Shown: positions 21,824 to 33,138 of the stretch, piece by piece
Layout: every line of letters begins with the position of its first letter
Numbering within the stretch: the first letter of the stretch is position 1
Assembly: GCA_963749155.1 (NCBI GenBank)
Contig: CAVVLO010000005.1
Coordinates: forward strand, 480,001-544,000
Length of the DNA stretch: 64,000 nt
Source: an uncultured Armatimonadia bacterium
Lineage (GTDB): Bacteria; Armatimonadota; Zipacnadia; CAVVLO01
Direction: 5' to 3'
Notes under the pieces: generated by a model
Told to the model about the DNA's origin: nothing
Database searches by the model: none
What the model saw: the letters and a program-made list of their open reading frames with translations, nothing else
Made by a program: the position numbers and the translations under genes

Positions 21824-21839
21824 CTGGCTCCTCCTGGGA

Positions 21840-22709
21840 CTAACCCATACGGCCCGAGATATAAGCCTCGGTCCGTGGATGGCGTGGATTTGTGAAAAGC
21901 TCGTCAGTCTTGCCATATTCTATGAGAACGCCACTACGCCCTTCATCTACCCAGAAAACTCCGGTATAGTCGCTTACGCGACCTGCCTGCTGCATATTGT
22001 GGGTGACGATTACCAAGGTATACTGGGCCTTCAATTCGACCATAAGGTCTTCTATCCGCAAGGTGGCTATTGGGTCGAGGGCCGAGCAAGGCTCGTCCAT
22101 CAAAATTACCTCGGGCTTAACGGCAAGCGTCCTGGCGATGCACAGCCGCTGCTGCTGACCGCCCGACAGGCCAAGGCCACTTTGATGCAGTTTGTCTTTG
22201 ACCTCATCCCAGAGCGCCGCGCCCTGCAAGCTCTCTTCGACGATTTCCGCAAGTACAGCTTTGCGTTTCTCACCGTGGATGCGCGGCCCGTAAGCGACAT
22301 TGTCGAAGATGCTCATCGGGAAGGGATTTGGTTTCTGGAAGACCATCCCAACTCTCTTCCGTAGTTCGACAGGATCAACGTTCTGGGCATAAAGACTTTG
22401 CCCGTCCAGTTGCACGTCGCCTTCCAGTTTGAAGCCGGGGATGACATCATTCATCCTGTTGAGGCAGCGCAAGAAAGTGGATTTGCCGCAGCCAGAGGGC
22501 CCAATCAGCGCCACGATGCTGTTTGCGGGTATCATCATACTGCTAGGCTTCAAAGCCAGGAAGCTGCTATACCAGGTGCGCAATTCCACTGCGGCCAGGC
22601 ACACTTCGCCGGGTGGCGTCATAATATGACGCACTTCGTCCTCGACCGCGCTGCCTTGCGGTGTAGTCTCCAGCCTTACAGCTTGCTGTTCGGCTTCTGA
22701 AGCTTGCAT
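21840..22709 (-). CDS. pstB: Phosphate ABC transporter ATP-binding protein
   Basis: [59 protein letters not shown] before MQASE. Confidence 0.95.
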   Translation of the reverse strand: MQASEAEQQAVRLETTPQGSAVEDEVRHIMTPPGEVCLAAVELRTWYSSFLALKPSSMMIPANSIVALIGPSGCGKSTFLRCLNRMNDVIPGFKLEGDVQLDGQSLYAQNVDPVELRKRVGMVFQKPNPFPMSIFDNVAYGPRIHGEKRKAVLAEIVEESLQGAALWDEVKDKLHQSGLGLSGGQQQRLCIARTLAVKPEVILMDEPCSALDPIATLRIEDLMVELKAQYTLVIVTHNMQQAGRVSDYTGVFWVDEGRSGVLIEYGKTDELFTNPRHPRTEAYISGRMG

Positions 22710-22838
22710 GGTAGGCGCTTTCTCCTTTAGCAAGTTCACCCTTTTGCACTCCTGCAGGCGACTGGATAGTCGAATTTCCGCCCGCACCTTCAAGCTATCA
22801 GGCGATTGTTAGGAGAATGTGAGCATATTTTACTTTTA

Positions 22839-24656
22839 TCAAAGTATGGGAATCGAATCAAATCGGGCTTTTTGCCAGGCCTCGGGCACACTGGCGCGTT
22901 CCTCGCTTCCCGGCTGGTAACCCAGCAGGCCTTCGGCAACTGCCCAGAGGAAGGTCGGCGCCACCCAGGGAGAAAGCGACATCCCGCGAGATTCCAGCTC
23001 TTCGCCGTGCAGCCACTCGGGGAACTCCCCGGGCACCGTACCCACGAAGCGCTCGGTATCCAGGGCCATATCGGCCACCTGCGAGACCAGCCCGAGCGCG
23101 AAATCGAAGTCCAGCGACGCGAAGGCTTTGGCTGCCCAGAGCATCGGGTTGGGCCAGATGCCTCCGAGCAGGCCCCAGGCTTCGGTGGGATGATATTCTG
23201 GCGAATTGGTCGGTACAGCCCGCAGCCCTGCTGGCCCCTGGAACTCCGGCCCGCGTAGCAGACTCAGGAGCTGGCGCGACCGGGCTTCGTCCGTTACGCC
23301 ACAAAGCACCGGGAAGACCTGATCGATGGTTAGGAGCGCGCGTTCCTTGCCCTCGTAGACATCAAGCAGATACCGGTCGCCCTGCCAAAGCTGGTCGTTG
23401 ATAGCCTTTCGCAGCGCCTGGGCCTCGCGGGCAAGCTCCTGGGAAGAAAGCAAGGCCGCTGCTTGCCCGATCGCCAGGCAGGCCAGGCAGTTGATTTCCA
23501 TAACTTCGCCCGAAATGACGTAATCGGGGATTATATTGCGCCAGCTCGAGATACCCCAGACATTGGTCCCGGCAGGTTTGCCAGTGAGCAGGCCGCGCTC
23601 ACCCCGGAGGCTGAGCAACTGACGGACAGCTTTCTCCACCTCGGGTCGCAGGCTTTCGGCATAGCCGGAATCGCCAGTAACCAGTTCGTGATGACGAATC
23701 GCCCACAGCCAGAGAGGCGTGTTGTCGGCCAGGCGCAGGCCATAATCCTCCCACTCGCCAGAGGTCATATCGATATATTCGACAATCTGGCCGGACGGCT
23801 CCTGATGCTTGCCGAAGACGCGCAAGGCAGCCGCGGAGAACTCCGGCAGCAGCCAGTCGAGACCAGCGGCCATCCAGGCGGTGTCACGCCCCACCACAAA
23901 CACGGTAGGTGGATTGTTGGTCATCCCCCAGCCTTGGGGAAACTCGTGCAGCAGGCGCAGGCAATTGGCTTTGGCCCAGACGCAGGCCCTGGCGATACGC
24001 TCATCGGGGAAGTCCACCGGCACGGTGGTAGTGAGCAGTTTGTTCGTCTGCGCCTCCAGCCCTTCGACCAGGGCGCGCCAGTGCTCCAGACTGCCCGCCA
24101 GTGCTGCTTCCTGGGCTTCGGTGACGGCGGCTACGACCACCCAGGCGCGTTCTCCTACTGGCAGGTGGAACCGGACTTCACCCTCTTCGAAGCCTGCGAA
24201 CCGCTCCGGCAGCGGGATGACGACGACCTTCAGGCGGTCCTTGTCGAAGCCCTGGCCAGGCCCCTCAATTTCGAGGGCCAGCTCAACTGGCGTCTCACCG
24301 GCATTCTGATAAGCCAGCACGAAGCCGCAAAGCCCCTCGAACCAGGCCCCGCGTGGCACGAAGAAAGCCTCTTCCACCACGCCTTCGGCAAGTCGGAGGC
24401 GCCTGAACTCTACAAACAGGTCGAAAGTCCACTCCTCGACCTGCGCGCCCAGAGGCCTCAGCCGACAAGCTTGTTGGCCTTCCGGGCCAGTGACTGGGAA
24501 ACTTCTTACCTCGGGGCTCCACAAGGTGAAACTGCCCTCGATACATTTGGCCGTTGTCTTGGGATTACCGAGAGTGGCCCCCAGGGTGCGCTCAGGTTGC
24601 CTAACGGTAATCGCATAAGGGCCAGGCTCCAGCGGGAAACGCAATAGGTTGAACAT
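22839..24656 (-). CDS. Six-hairpin glycoside hydrolase (amylo-alpha-1,6-glucosidase/GH63-like)
   Basis: GRDTAW, ADNTPLWLWA, GGIWPN, GEFPEW and SPW motifs; no signal peptide. Confidence 0.65.
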   Translation of the reverse strand: MFNLLRFPLEPGPYAITVRQPERTLGATLGNPKTTAKCIEGSFTLWSPEVRSFPVTGPEGQQACRLRPLGAQVEEWTFDLFVEFRRLRLAEGVVEEAFFVPRGAWFEGLCGFVLAYQNAGETPVELALEIEGPGQGFDKDRLKVVVIPLPERFAGFEEGEVRFHLPVGERAWVVVAAVTEAQEAALAGSLEHWRALVEGLEAQTNKLLTTTVPVDFPDERIARACVWAKANCLRLLHEFPQGWGMTNNPPTVFVVGRDTAWMAAGLDWLLPEFSAAALRVFGKHQEPSGQIVEYIDMTSGEWEDYGLRLADNTPLWLWAIRHHELVTGDSGYAESLRPEVEKAVRQLLSLRGERGLLTGKPAGTNVWGISSWRNIIPDYVISGEVMEINCLACLAIGQAAALLSSQELAREAQALRKAINDQLWQGDRYLLDVYEGKERALLTIDQVFPVLCGVTDEARSRQLLSLLRGPEFQGPAGLRAVPTNSPEYHPTEAWGLLGGIWPNPMLWAAKAFASLDFDFALGLVSQVADMALDTERFVGTVPGEFPEWLHGEELESRGMSLSPWVAPTFLWAVAEGLLGYQPGSEERASVPEAWQKARFDSIPIL

Positions 24657-24668
24657 CAGGACTCCTGT

Positions 24669-25145
24669 CTAGCCGGTTGAGTGAGGATGGTCGTGATCAT
24701 GGGGATGGTCGTGTGGGTGGGCGTGCCCGTGCGAGTGAGTCTGATAAGTCAGCGCGGTCACGGCCAGTTTCCCGTTAGTCACCCCGCGCAGAGCCAGTAT
24801 CTGATTGGCCAGCGCCTGCACGTCGGCGGGTTTGCCGCGCAGAATGATGACTTCCAGGCAGTTTATTTCGTCTACATGCACGTGGTTGGTGCAAAGCACA
24901 TTGCGGCCGAAATGATGCTGGATTTCGGTCAGTTGCTCCATCACGCCTGTCACGTGATGATCATAGGTAATCGTCAGCGAGCCGAAAACTTCGCCCTCGC
25001 CGCTTTCCCACTGGTGCTCGATCAGATGACTTCGAAGAATATCGCGCAAGGCCTCGGAGCGGTTGCTGTAGCCTTCCTTCCCGATATGTTCATCCAGGGC
25101 GGTAAGCAAGTCACCGTCCATCGAAACTCCAAATCTCTCGACCAT
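24669..25145 (-). CDS. nikR: Nickel-responsive regulator NikR with His-rich C-terminal tail
   Basis: RFGVSM...GYSNRSEALRD ribbon-helix-helix; YDHH, HVH and CLEV Ni ligands. Confidence 0.93.
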   Translation of the reverse strand: MVERFGVSMDGDLLTALDEHIGKEGYSNRSEALRDILRSHLIEHQWESGEGEVFGSLTITYDHHVTGVMEQLTEIQHHFGRNVLCTNHVHVDEINCLEVIILRGKPADVQALANQILALRGVTNGKLAVTALTYQTHSHGHAHPHDHPHDHDHPHSTG

Positions 25146-25252
25146 TGGTCATCCCCCCGAAGGTAAGGCAACACTAATACAATACCAATATAACCGCGTG
25201 GGGGGAAGGAGCGCTGGCCCGCATCTCCAATACTTTAGTCGAGGTGACGTGA

Positions 25253-26179
25253 ATGAAGCAGACTCGCATCGAAGTTTTCGCGCCCAATGAGCAATATCCC
25301 TTCAATGGCATAACAACTCTGGCGCTGGCGCCCTCTGGAGAGTTGCTGCTGGCCTGGTACGCGGGCTCGTGGGAAGGCCACTGGGACAATGTAATCCTGA
25401 TGGCGCGCTCGAGGGATGAAGGCCTTTCCTGGAGCTCGCCCGAGGTCATCCACGACACCCCTGGCAGGCCAGATCGCGATCCGGAAATTGCCTTCATTGG
25501 GAAAACGCTCTATCTCTGGTGCAATTCTTGTATCTTCATCACCCAGACCGCCTCGCTGGATGAGGGCCATACCTGGGGCGAGCCGGTCGAAGTAGGCGGG
25601 TTTGCGGCTGAAAACGTCGCCTCCTGCGAGCCTTTCAGGCTTTCGAGTGGCCGGCTGTGCTTTCCCGCCAGTTACATCCCCGAATACAAGCCAACCACCA
25701 ACTACTATCGGCCGGCGGTGCTGCTCTCGGACGATGAGGCGCGCGTCTGGCGCTGGCACACTATACCGATGCCCGAAGGCGTCGAGGGACTTGAGCCGAC
25801 CGTGGTGGAACTTGGAGACCACAGTCTGCTTGCCCTGATGCGCGCGCCAGGTGGTTGGGCCTATGAATCCTGGTCGTACGATGGAGGCCTTACCTGGAGC
25901 CTGGCGGTAGCCTCTACCTTGCCCAATCCTGGCTCAAATCACGACCTGCTGCGACTGGCGAACGGAGAACTTTCTTACTGGTACAATCCCTCGCCCAAGG
26001 GCCGCACTCCGCTCGCGGTAGCCTTCGGCCGGGACGGGCGAAGCTGGAGCGAGCCGCTGGTGCTGGATGATTCCGAAGGCGAATGCGGTTATCCGACGGC
26101 CTTCGAGGCTTTTGGGAAGCTCTATTGCGCTTACCACTACAAGAAAGAATCCATCCGCCTGGTGATACTGGAGCGGTGA
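25253..26179 (+). CDS. Sialidase-family / BNR (Asp-box) beta-propeller protein
   Basis: Repeated Asp-boxes SRDEGLSW, SLDEGHTW, SDDEARVW, SYDGGLTW; RTPL and GYP motifs. Confidence 0.8.
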   Translation: MKQTRIEVFAPNEQYPFNGITTLALAPSGELLLAWYAGSWEGHWDNVILMARSRDEGLSWSSPEVIHDTPGRPDRDPEIAFIGKTLYLWCNSCIFITQTASLDEGHTWGEPVEVGGFAAENVASCEPFRLSSGRLCFPASYIPEYKPTTNYYRPAVLLSDDEARVWRWHTIPMPEGVEGLEPTVVELGDHSLLALMRAPGGWAYESWSYDGGLTWSLAVASTLPNPGSNHDLLRLANGELSYWYNPSPKGRTPLAVAFGRDGRSWSEPLVLDDSEGECGYPTAFEAFGKLYCAYHYKKESIRLVILER

Positions 26180-26208
26180 CTCGGTCGATAGAGGTAGCGT
26201 GAGGTGCT

Positions 26209-26233
26209 GGGCGGGTCTCAGACCCGCCCCTAC
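26209..26233 (-). repeat. GTAG-type REP-like palindrome
   Basis: The minus strand reads GTAG-GGGCGGGTCT-G-AGACCCGCCC, intergenic between convergent genes. Further hairpins at 26269-26289 and 26340-26359. Confidence 0.6.
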
Positions 26234-26365
26234 AGATACCTTCAGCGCCGCAGGCCCGATAAGGGGGTGCAGGGGTGACACGCCCCTGCGCCTTTCAGCT
26301 TTAGTCTTTCGCCTTTGCCTTTTGCTTTTTCTTCAAACAGGCGGGCATCAGCCCGCCCTTGCTTT

Positions 26366-29300
26366 TCACCTTACTCGATATTTCGCCACGATCGTGACCT
26401 GCCCGCCTGGCTCGAGGGTCGCTGGATCCAGCTCTACCCATTCCTGCCTGGCATCGAAGCTGGCCCAGGGGATGCCATCCACCGTGACACTTGTCATTAG
26501 GGCCTGCTGGGGATGGCGGAAACGCACCAGAATCTGCTCGGGCAGCTTTCTGTCAGGCAAAGTGATGCTGGCTGTCAGCCTGCCTGAGGCCGCCTCGGAG
26601 TGGTACGCCACACTGGTCGCGCCCCACTTGGTCGTCATTTTAGCCACCGAGGCTACTTCGCCCTCGCGCAGCCAATAGCGGGGCAGGGCTTTGCCGTAAT
26701 AAAGTGTCTCGTCCTGCTCGAAGACCAGCAGATTGAGCAGCCAGTTCAGGCTGTTGGCCTCATCCGAGGGCTTGTAATGACTGCCGCTGGTAAGGCCAAG
26801 CACCGGGAGGGGATGCTCTATCAAGAGGCACTCCTCGGGCCGCCAGCAGCTTGCGAAGGCGTTGAAGAAGCCCCTCAGATAGTGCTTCACCTGGTCTCGC
26901 ATCAGGAAGGGGACGCACCCAGCCAGCAGATTGGGTTGCATCGAGAAGCCTCCCCGGTCGAACCAGTAGTGCTCGAAGGGTTCGATATCGTAGCTCCAGG
27001 GGCTTTCCACGTATTTGGTGTCCTCGTAGTCGCGCAAAATCCATTCGGCCTCGGGGCCATCCACTGGGAAGAGGCCGCTGATGAGCAGGTAGATGGCTCC
27101 TTCGAGCACTTCGCGTATCCATCCGACATCGCGTCCGCGCCTGTAAAGACGCGAGGGGATATGCGGCGCCCAGGAGGCATCGCGCAGCTTCACCACTGGC
27201 GACCTGCGGCGCATCTCGGTGAAGCCTCGGCGCAGGTCTTCGGCATAGGCGTCGGCCTCGCTGACCAGTCTTGCGCCTTCGGGATGGCCGGCGTCTCGCA
27301 AGGCTCGGGCGGCGGTGTCCAGCCCGCGCCAGGTCAGCGAGTTGGTCGAAAGCCAGTAATAGAAATCCGTGACATCTTCCAGGCTGCCGGCAGGCAGAAA
27401 GCCGTATTCCAGCACTGGCTGCCCTGCCTCATCCAGCAATTTCGTGTGCTGGCGCTGGCGGATAATCCAGTCGCAGCCTGCGGTTATTTTGGTAGCATTT
27501 TTGAGCAACCAGTCGGTGTCGCGCGTGAAGAACCAATGCTCGCCCATACACCATAAAGCCCAGCCGTGATGCTGGTTGTAAGCGCCCTGCTCGTAGCCCC
27601 CAGCGCCATAGAACAGCCCTTCGTGGTCGCTGAAGTTGCCAGGCTGAGGCACGGTGCCCTGATATTCAAGCCACACTTCGATGCGCCGCCGAGCCTCCTC
27701 GTGCAGGCCGCGCCGCTCGAGCGAGTTGACTATCATCGTGGCCTCGTTGGTGAAGTTGCCATAAGCTTCGGTGCCCACCACGCAATTGACCAGGTCGCTG
27801 TCGGGCATCCGGTCGTCGCTCAGATAGACGTGCACGAGCTGGGCTTTGTACCAGGTATCCAGCACGGCATCGGGCGTGCGCAGCAGGGCTTGTTTTGCGA
27901 TTTCCTTTGCCCAGTAATCGCGCACCAGGGGAAGCTGACCTCCGAAGGTCATCCGGTCGACAAGCAGGCTTTCGTCGGCTGTAGGTTCGCCGAAGGGAAC
28001 CTTCAACTCCAGCCAGGCGCTCTTGCCGAGGCGCAAGTGAAGCCTCGGCAAGCAGCGCGCCGCCCTCGGTGCGAAACTCCACCCCGTCAGAGGCCGAGAT
28101 TAGCGCTCTAAGCACAGACTTGCCTTCGAACTCGCTCCATAAGGTGCCTTCTTCATACCTAAGGGGCGTAATGCCCTCGGCCGGGTCTTGCCAGCAAGCC
28201 GCCGTATCGCGGAACTGGGCGTTCTCCCTCAGCGATATCGGCAGCCGCACCTTCACCGGGGCCTTGTCAGCCACGAATTCAAACCGCATCAGGGTCACCG
28301 AGAAAGCGTCTCCGGGCAGGTCTGAGCCATCAAAAGGGGCGGTAACGGGCACCGTGAGCGCCGCCTGGGCGACTTCATAACCGTTGCCTCCCCAGCGCGC
28401 CCGATACACGGGCAGCCAGCCCTCTTCGAAGCCGCGCTCGAGCAACTGGTACCGATGCAGCCCGAAGAAGAAGCCAAGCTGGCGACCTTCCCACTTGAGG
28501 CGCGGCGTGTCGCTGGCGGGCACGGCTTTGTTGAACTTTTCGATCACGAACAGGTCGCCGTATTCGTTGAGCGCGTATTTGGCGCGGTTGTGCTTCAATC
28601 CAACGAAACAGTAGGTCGAATCGGGCGGAGTCATCCGCTTCAGGGCGCGGGGGAGAGTCTGCTCCGGCAGCTCTTCGATCCGGTCAACCAGCGAGGCGCC
28701 CGGTTTGCAGGCGGCTTTTGTGCTGGCAAGCGTTGCGGCGGTCTCAGCCCGGGTCACAGCAGCCTCAAAGGCGGGCAGCCACATCCCCTCTTCGGGAACG
28801 GTCAGGGCGTTGAAGGTGAAGGCCTCCTGGCCGACCTTCACAGTCAGCAGAGGTTCATCGTGAGACCAGGGGCTTGGAGGAAGGAAATGCCTGAGAGTCA
28901 CGTCCAGCGCGCCGTCGGTGGCCCAACTGGCTTGTTCTACCTCGCAGTTATAACCTGAAAGCAACTCGTTTGCCGGCTCTCCCTGGGCGCTTTGGGGCAG
29001 CCACAGTCTAAGGCCGAGGCTGGCTTCTGGAAGAGCCAGGCGAGCCGCGACCACTTTTGCCCCCTCAGGGGCTTCCACCTTGAAACCCAGTGTCCGGCGG
29101 AAGGTGGGCGAGTAGCCTTCCGGCCCTTCTGGCAGCTCTTCGGCAAGAGGACCAAAGGTAAGAGAAAGCTTGCCTTCGGAAGGCGAGCAAGTGACCTTTG
29201 CCTCTTGCCACTGGCAGTTGTACCAGTCGTCCTGGGCAAGCCAGCCGAGATCGCCTGTCTGGGCGGCGGCATAGACCTCCCAGCGCAGCTCGGGCCAGCT

Positions 29301-29450
29301 ACTGCGCATATAAAAAACGCGCACCGAGGCGTCGCTTATGCCTTCGGGCAGCTCCAGCACGACTTCGGCCAGGTCGCGAGGTTCTTCGAACCAGTATTCC
29401 AGCGCCTCTTGCTGGCGATGGGCGAAAGGCAAAGCATTGATGGCGGTCAT
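26366..29450 (-). CDS. Large (about 1,030 aa) protein with C-terminal six-hairpin glycosidase-like domain, frameshift near 28030
   Basis: ORFs 27666-29450 and 26366-28051 join as EASLAP/GKSAWLELKVPF; HGWALW..GEHWFFTRD..WL and YGFLPAG.LED helical-barrel motifs. Confidence 0.6.
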
Positions 29451-29605
29451 CTAAGGTTCCTCCTCCGAATTGAGCGAGCCTTTTCGCCGAAACCGGTCGC
29501 CTTCCTGCGCCTTCAGATTTGCCTTTAGTTGCTGAAGGCCCTCGGGCCGGGTTAAAACTAAGGACGGCCTGGTAGAGGTCGAAGGCAGAAGGAGGCCTTG
29601 CGAAG

Positions 29606-30943
29606 ATGGAATCGCCAGCTACGGCGCAACTTTTTGCCGGTAATTCGCCGGGTTTCGCTGGGCCTGATTCAGCGGCCTACTATGCTGCGCTGGGCGCTCC
29701 TTTACCGCTTGTGCCAGGCGCAGATGCCGAACTCTTCCTCGAAGTCGCCCCAGAACTTGCAGCGCGCCAGCCTTCTCTAAGGCTCACCTGGCGCACGCCC
29801 AAAGGCCAGCTTCACAAGCTGGAAGGGGTCAGGCTTTATCCTGGCGATGTCATCGTAGGGCCAGTTGTCGTGCCCGGCGAGTTGGTCCAGTCGGGTATCG
29901 CGACCGCCCTTTGGGAGCTGACCGATGATAGCGGTCAGCAGCTTGCCTCGGGAAAGGTCTACTGCGTGGCCGAACCTGCTGCGACGGTGGCCGACCTGTG
30001 GGGCTATTTCCGCCTGTACGGCAAGGGATTTTTTGCCGATATCGCCCAGGCGACGGGGACAATGGCAGGGCTGTGGGGCAAAGAAGTTGACAACCTTGTA
30101 AACTTTTGGCCTGTCCTGGTGCCTCGCCGCGAGCAACTCGGGCAGGTCTCAATCAGCTATGACCATCCCAGGGACCGAGTGCTCTACACTGAGCATTCGC
30201 ATCTGGCTGACGATACCAGGCTCACGCGCCTTGAAGATGGCCAGGTCACCATAACGTATCAGGAGCAGTCGACCATCGCGGGCGGGCTCAATCTGGTGGG
30301 CGTGACTGAAAGCTGGTGGCTGGCTGACAACGGATTATACTGGGAAGTGTTGCTCTCAAACAGGGCCTCCGAGAAGCTCGCGCTGCGCGAGGTGCGCTTC
30401 GCGACCCCCTTGTGCGGAGATGGCGATAACTGCTCGCCTGAGCCTGTGCTGCATCTCCACGGCCCTTGCACCTGGCTCACCGCGGCCCCTGTGGAAGCTA
30501 ATCGCCCCTTGCTGCTGATTACTGTCACTGAGGGAGAGCTTGTCTCCGCGACTGAAGAGGGTGGACGGCTGGTACTGAAAGGCCTTTCGCACCCCGCCGG
30601 CGCCAAACCCCTGGGCCTGAAGTCCAACGGCCAGCTGCTGTGGCGGTTCTTCCTGAGGCTCGTAGCCACGCCAGCGGAAGCCCTGGACGTGCTGGAAGGG
30701 CTGGGCAGGCTTGCTTTCCTCTCGCCAGGCCCTTTGAAACCAGGGCAAGCGGTTGCTGTCACCGTGCGCGCGGGCAAGCTCAAACTGCGCGGGGCCAGGC
30801 TGGATGGGCGTAAAATAAAGCTTGCTGCCCAGACTGGCGCCTTCGAGCAACCTCTGCCGCCCCTAAAGCCTGGCGCACATCTGTTGGAAGTCGAATTCGA
30901 GAAAAACCTTTGGGCGCCGCTCGAGCTGCTGGTGACCGACTAG
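29606..30943 (+). CDS. Hypothetical protein (beta-rich)
   Basis: 445-aa ORF with RBS AAGGAGG; no recognised motif. Confidence 0.55.
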   Translation: MESPATAQLFAGNSPGFAGPDSAAYYAALGAPLPLVPGADAELFLEVAPELAARQPSLRLTWRTPKGQLHKLEGVRLYPGDVIVGPVVVPGELVQSGIATALWELTDDSGQQLASGKVYCVAEPAATVADLWGYFRLYGKGFFADIAQATGTMAGLWGKEVDNLVNFWPVLVPRREQLGQVSISYDHPRDRVLYTEHSHLADDTRLTRLEDGQVTITYQEQSTIAGGLNLVGVTESWWLADNGLYWEVLLSNRASEKLALREVRFATPLCGDGDNCSPEPVLHLHGPCTWLTAAPVEANRPLLLITVTEGELVSATEEGGRLVLKGLSHPAGAKPLGLKSNGQLLWRFFLRLVATPAEALDVLEGLGRLAFLSPGPLKPGQAVAVTVRAGKLKLRGARLDGRKIKLAAQTGAFEQPLPPLKPGAHLLEVEFEKNLWAPLELLVTD

Positions 30944-30946
30944 GTT

Positions 30947-33136
30947 CTACCTGGCCCAATATGCGACCAGATGGGGATTCAACCGGGCCTCTCCCTGGGC
31001 CTCATAACCGACCTCGGCCGTCCCCATCGTGCGGAAGAACCCAAAACACCAGCGCCCCTGCGCATCGAAACCAGCCGGGCTCTTCGGCGTCTGCCAGCCG
31101 TACCAGCTTGCTACCAGTCCGCGCCCCTGTTCATCACCTGCGAGCAGGGTCTGAGTAAGGGTGACGTCCTCCTCGGCTCGCCAGGTACCTGTGACCTGAA
31201 GCGGCTCCGACCAGCCGGCGCCTGCCTGGATGAGGCGTTGATATTCTCGAGGGCTGCCCGCCTGGATTGTCGTAATCGCGCGCGCAACCTGCCCGGGCGT
31301 ATCGCCTTGCCAGTCCGCTGGCGCGGAGAACTGGTCAAGCTGAGCGGGGGGCATATCGGTCAGCATCGCATAAAGCCGCGGCAGACTTGGCGCGATATGG
31401 GCATCATCGCGATTGGCTTTATACGCTGTCCAGCTTTTGCCCTTGTACCAGTCGAGTTCGCGCTTCGCGTCAGCCCCGAGATAGTCGCGGTGGAAACGCG
31501 CCACATCCTCGCTGTTGAAACGCACATAGCGGTTGTTGAATTGGCGTTCGTCTGTTTCTCTTGGGTAGGTCGGCCCATCGAGCTGCCAGCCTGCGGTGTC
31601 ACCCCAAAGGTTGGTCAGGAAGACTTCCGAGGGAATCACTTCCATCGAGGCATAAGGCTGGCGTTTTACAAAATAGTCAGCGCCGCGCTGCTTCACAAAG
31701 TGGTGGACGAGTTCGCTCGCGAACCAGTAGCAGCCCCAATTGTAGGTCTCCAGGTCGCCGACGCCCCAGGCCAGCCTCGCAAGGGCAAGCGAAGGGGCCG
31801 CTTCATCACCCATTTCGGCGATTGCGTGCCGTCCGACGCTCTTCCAGTCCTGGCTGAACTGGGTCGTGTGGAGCTGCTTTATCAAGTCCCAGCGCTCCCG
31901 GATCAGCTCCCAATCACCGGTATATTGGGCATAACTCCAGATTGTGAACAGGCAGGCTGTTGCCAGCTTGCCGGAGTCGGTGTTCAGATGGACGCCATCC
32001 CATACGCCAGGCCCAAAGGCGATGTGCCAGTCCTGTCCAGCGGCCGAATCCACGTGGAAGCGCTCCGGCTTCAGATAATAATCAACAAAGTAGAGGCCGA
32101 GTGAAGCCTTAACTCGGTCGGCAAGGTCCTCAGGCAGAAAAGCCAGCGCCTTTGGATACCAGCTAGCTGCGAGCGCCGCCCAGCAGAAGTTATCCTCGCC
32201 CCAGTCGTGTCCGAAAGAGTCAGCCGAAGGGAAGCGGCCTTCCATCGACGCTGTCAGATGATCTTGTGCCGCCGCGACAACTGGGTCGGTAGTACTCGGG
32301 GGAAGCTGCCTCTGTGTCTCGTTCACATACTTCAACAATTTATGGGAGACAGTCACCGTGTCAGTGCCTTCGAGCGCTGTCCAGGGCCCATAGGGGGTCA
32401 TACAGCTTGGCGAGACGACCTTGCCCGAGACTGTCGCCGGATAGCCGTAAAGCAGCGCCAGGCCAAGCACCGGCGGAACAGGGGCGGTCTTGACTGGTTT
32501 CAGATTCCAGTCATTAGGGAGTTCCCTATAGGAATAGCGATAGGTTACTTCGAGGGTATCCTCGGCCGAGTTCACGCGGAAGCTCTGCTCGCACCCGGTG
32601 GGGAAGGCCAGCAGCCACTTTGCCCAGCGGGAGGCCATCCTTTCCGCAGTTGGACGGTCATAAGGTTCGTTCAGAGCGAACTTGCGCGTCCCGAAGAGAG
32701 GCATCACCGCCACGTGAGCGCCTGGTGTTTTGAAGGTCAGATGCAGTCCCTGAGGGCCAAGTCCGATTGTGTCCGGCTTGCGGTCAGGGACCAGCAGCCA
32801 GGGGCAGTCCCAGTTATCGAAGCCCGCCGCCTCGTAGAAGTCCACCAGCAGCCAGGGCTCGGTGAGGGCCGCGCCGCGTAGCGCGTAGGGCGTGTTGCGC
32901 CACATCACGCCCTCGGAGGTTGGATAGGCGAGGCGCGTCGGGGCCGAAAGCTCCCAGTCGGCCATATCCGCGAAGGCCCAGAAGTCCGTCGCCCGCACTT
33001 CGTAGAGCACGGCGGGGCAGACCTCGGATTGCAGCGCCACCAGCTTCGCATCGGCCGGCACTGCCTCGAGTCCGGTTTGCGCCAGCGCCAGACTGGCCAA
33101 GGTCAGGCTCAGCAAGGCTCCAATCAACCCTCTCAT
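30947..33136 (-). CDS. Secreted hypothetical protein, possibly a helical-barrel carbohydrate-active enzyme
   Basis: Signal peptide MRGLIGALLSLTLASLALA; Trp/Tyr-rich; WSYAQYTGDWELIRERW motif. Confidence 0.55.
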   Translation of the reverse strand: MRGLIGALLSLTLASLALAQTGLEAVPADAKLVALQSEVCPAVLYEVRATDFWAFADMADWELSAPTRLAYPTSEGVMWRNTPYALRGAALTEPWLLVDFYEAAGFDNWDCPWLLVPDRKPDTIGLGPQGLHLTFKTPGAHVAVMPLFGTRKFALNEPYDRPTAERMASRWAKWLLAFPTGCEQSFRVNSAEDTLEVTYRYSYRELPNDWNLKPVKTAPVPPVLGLALLYGYPATVSGKVVSPSCMTPYGPWTALEGTDTVTVSHKLLKYVNETQRQLPPSTTDPVVAAAQDHLTASMEGRFPSADSFGHDWGEDNFCWAALAASWYPKALAFLPEDLADRVKASLGLYFVDYYLKPERFHVDSAAGQDWHIAFGPGVWDGVHLNTDSGKLATACLFTIWSYAQYTGDWELIRERWDLIKQLHTTQFSQDWKSVGRHAIAEMGDEAAPSLALARLAWGVGDLETYNWGCYWFASELVHHFVKQRGADYFVKRQPYASMEVIPSEVFLTNLWGDTAGWQLDGPTYPRETDERQFNNRYVRFNSEDVARFHRDYLGADAKRELDWYKGKSWTAYKANRDDAHIAPSLPRLYAMLTDMPPAQLDQFSAPADWQGDTPGQVARAITTIQAGSPREYQRLIQAGAGWSEPLQVTGTWRAEEDVTLTQTLLAGDEQGRGLVASWYGWQTPKSPAGFDAQGRWCFGFFRTMGTAEVGYEAQGEARLNPHLVAYWAR

Positions 33137-33138
33137 AC

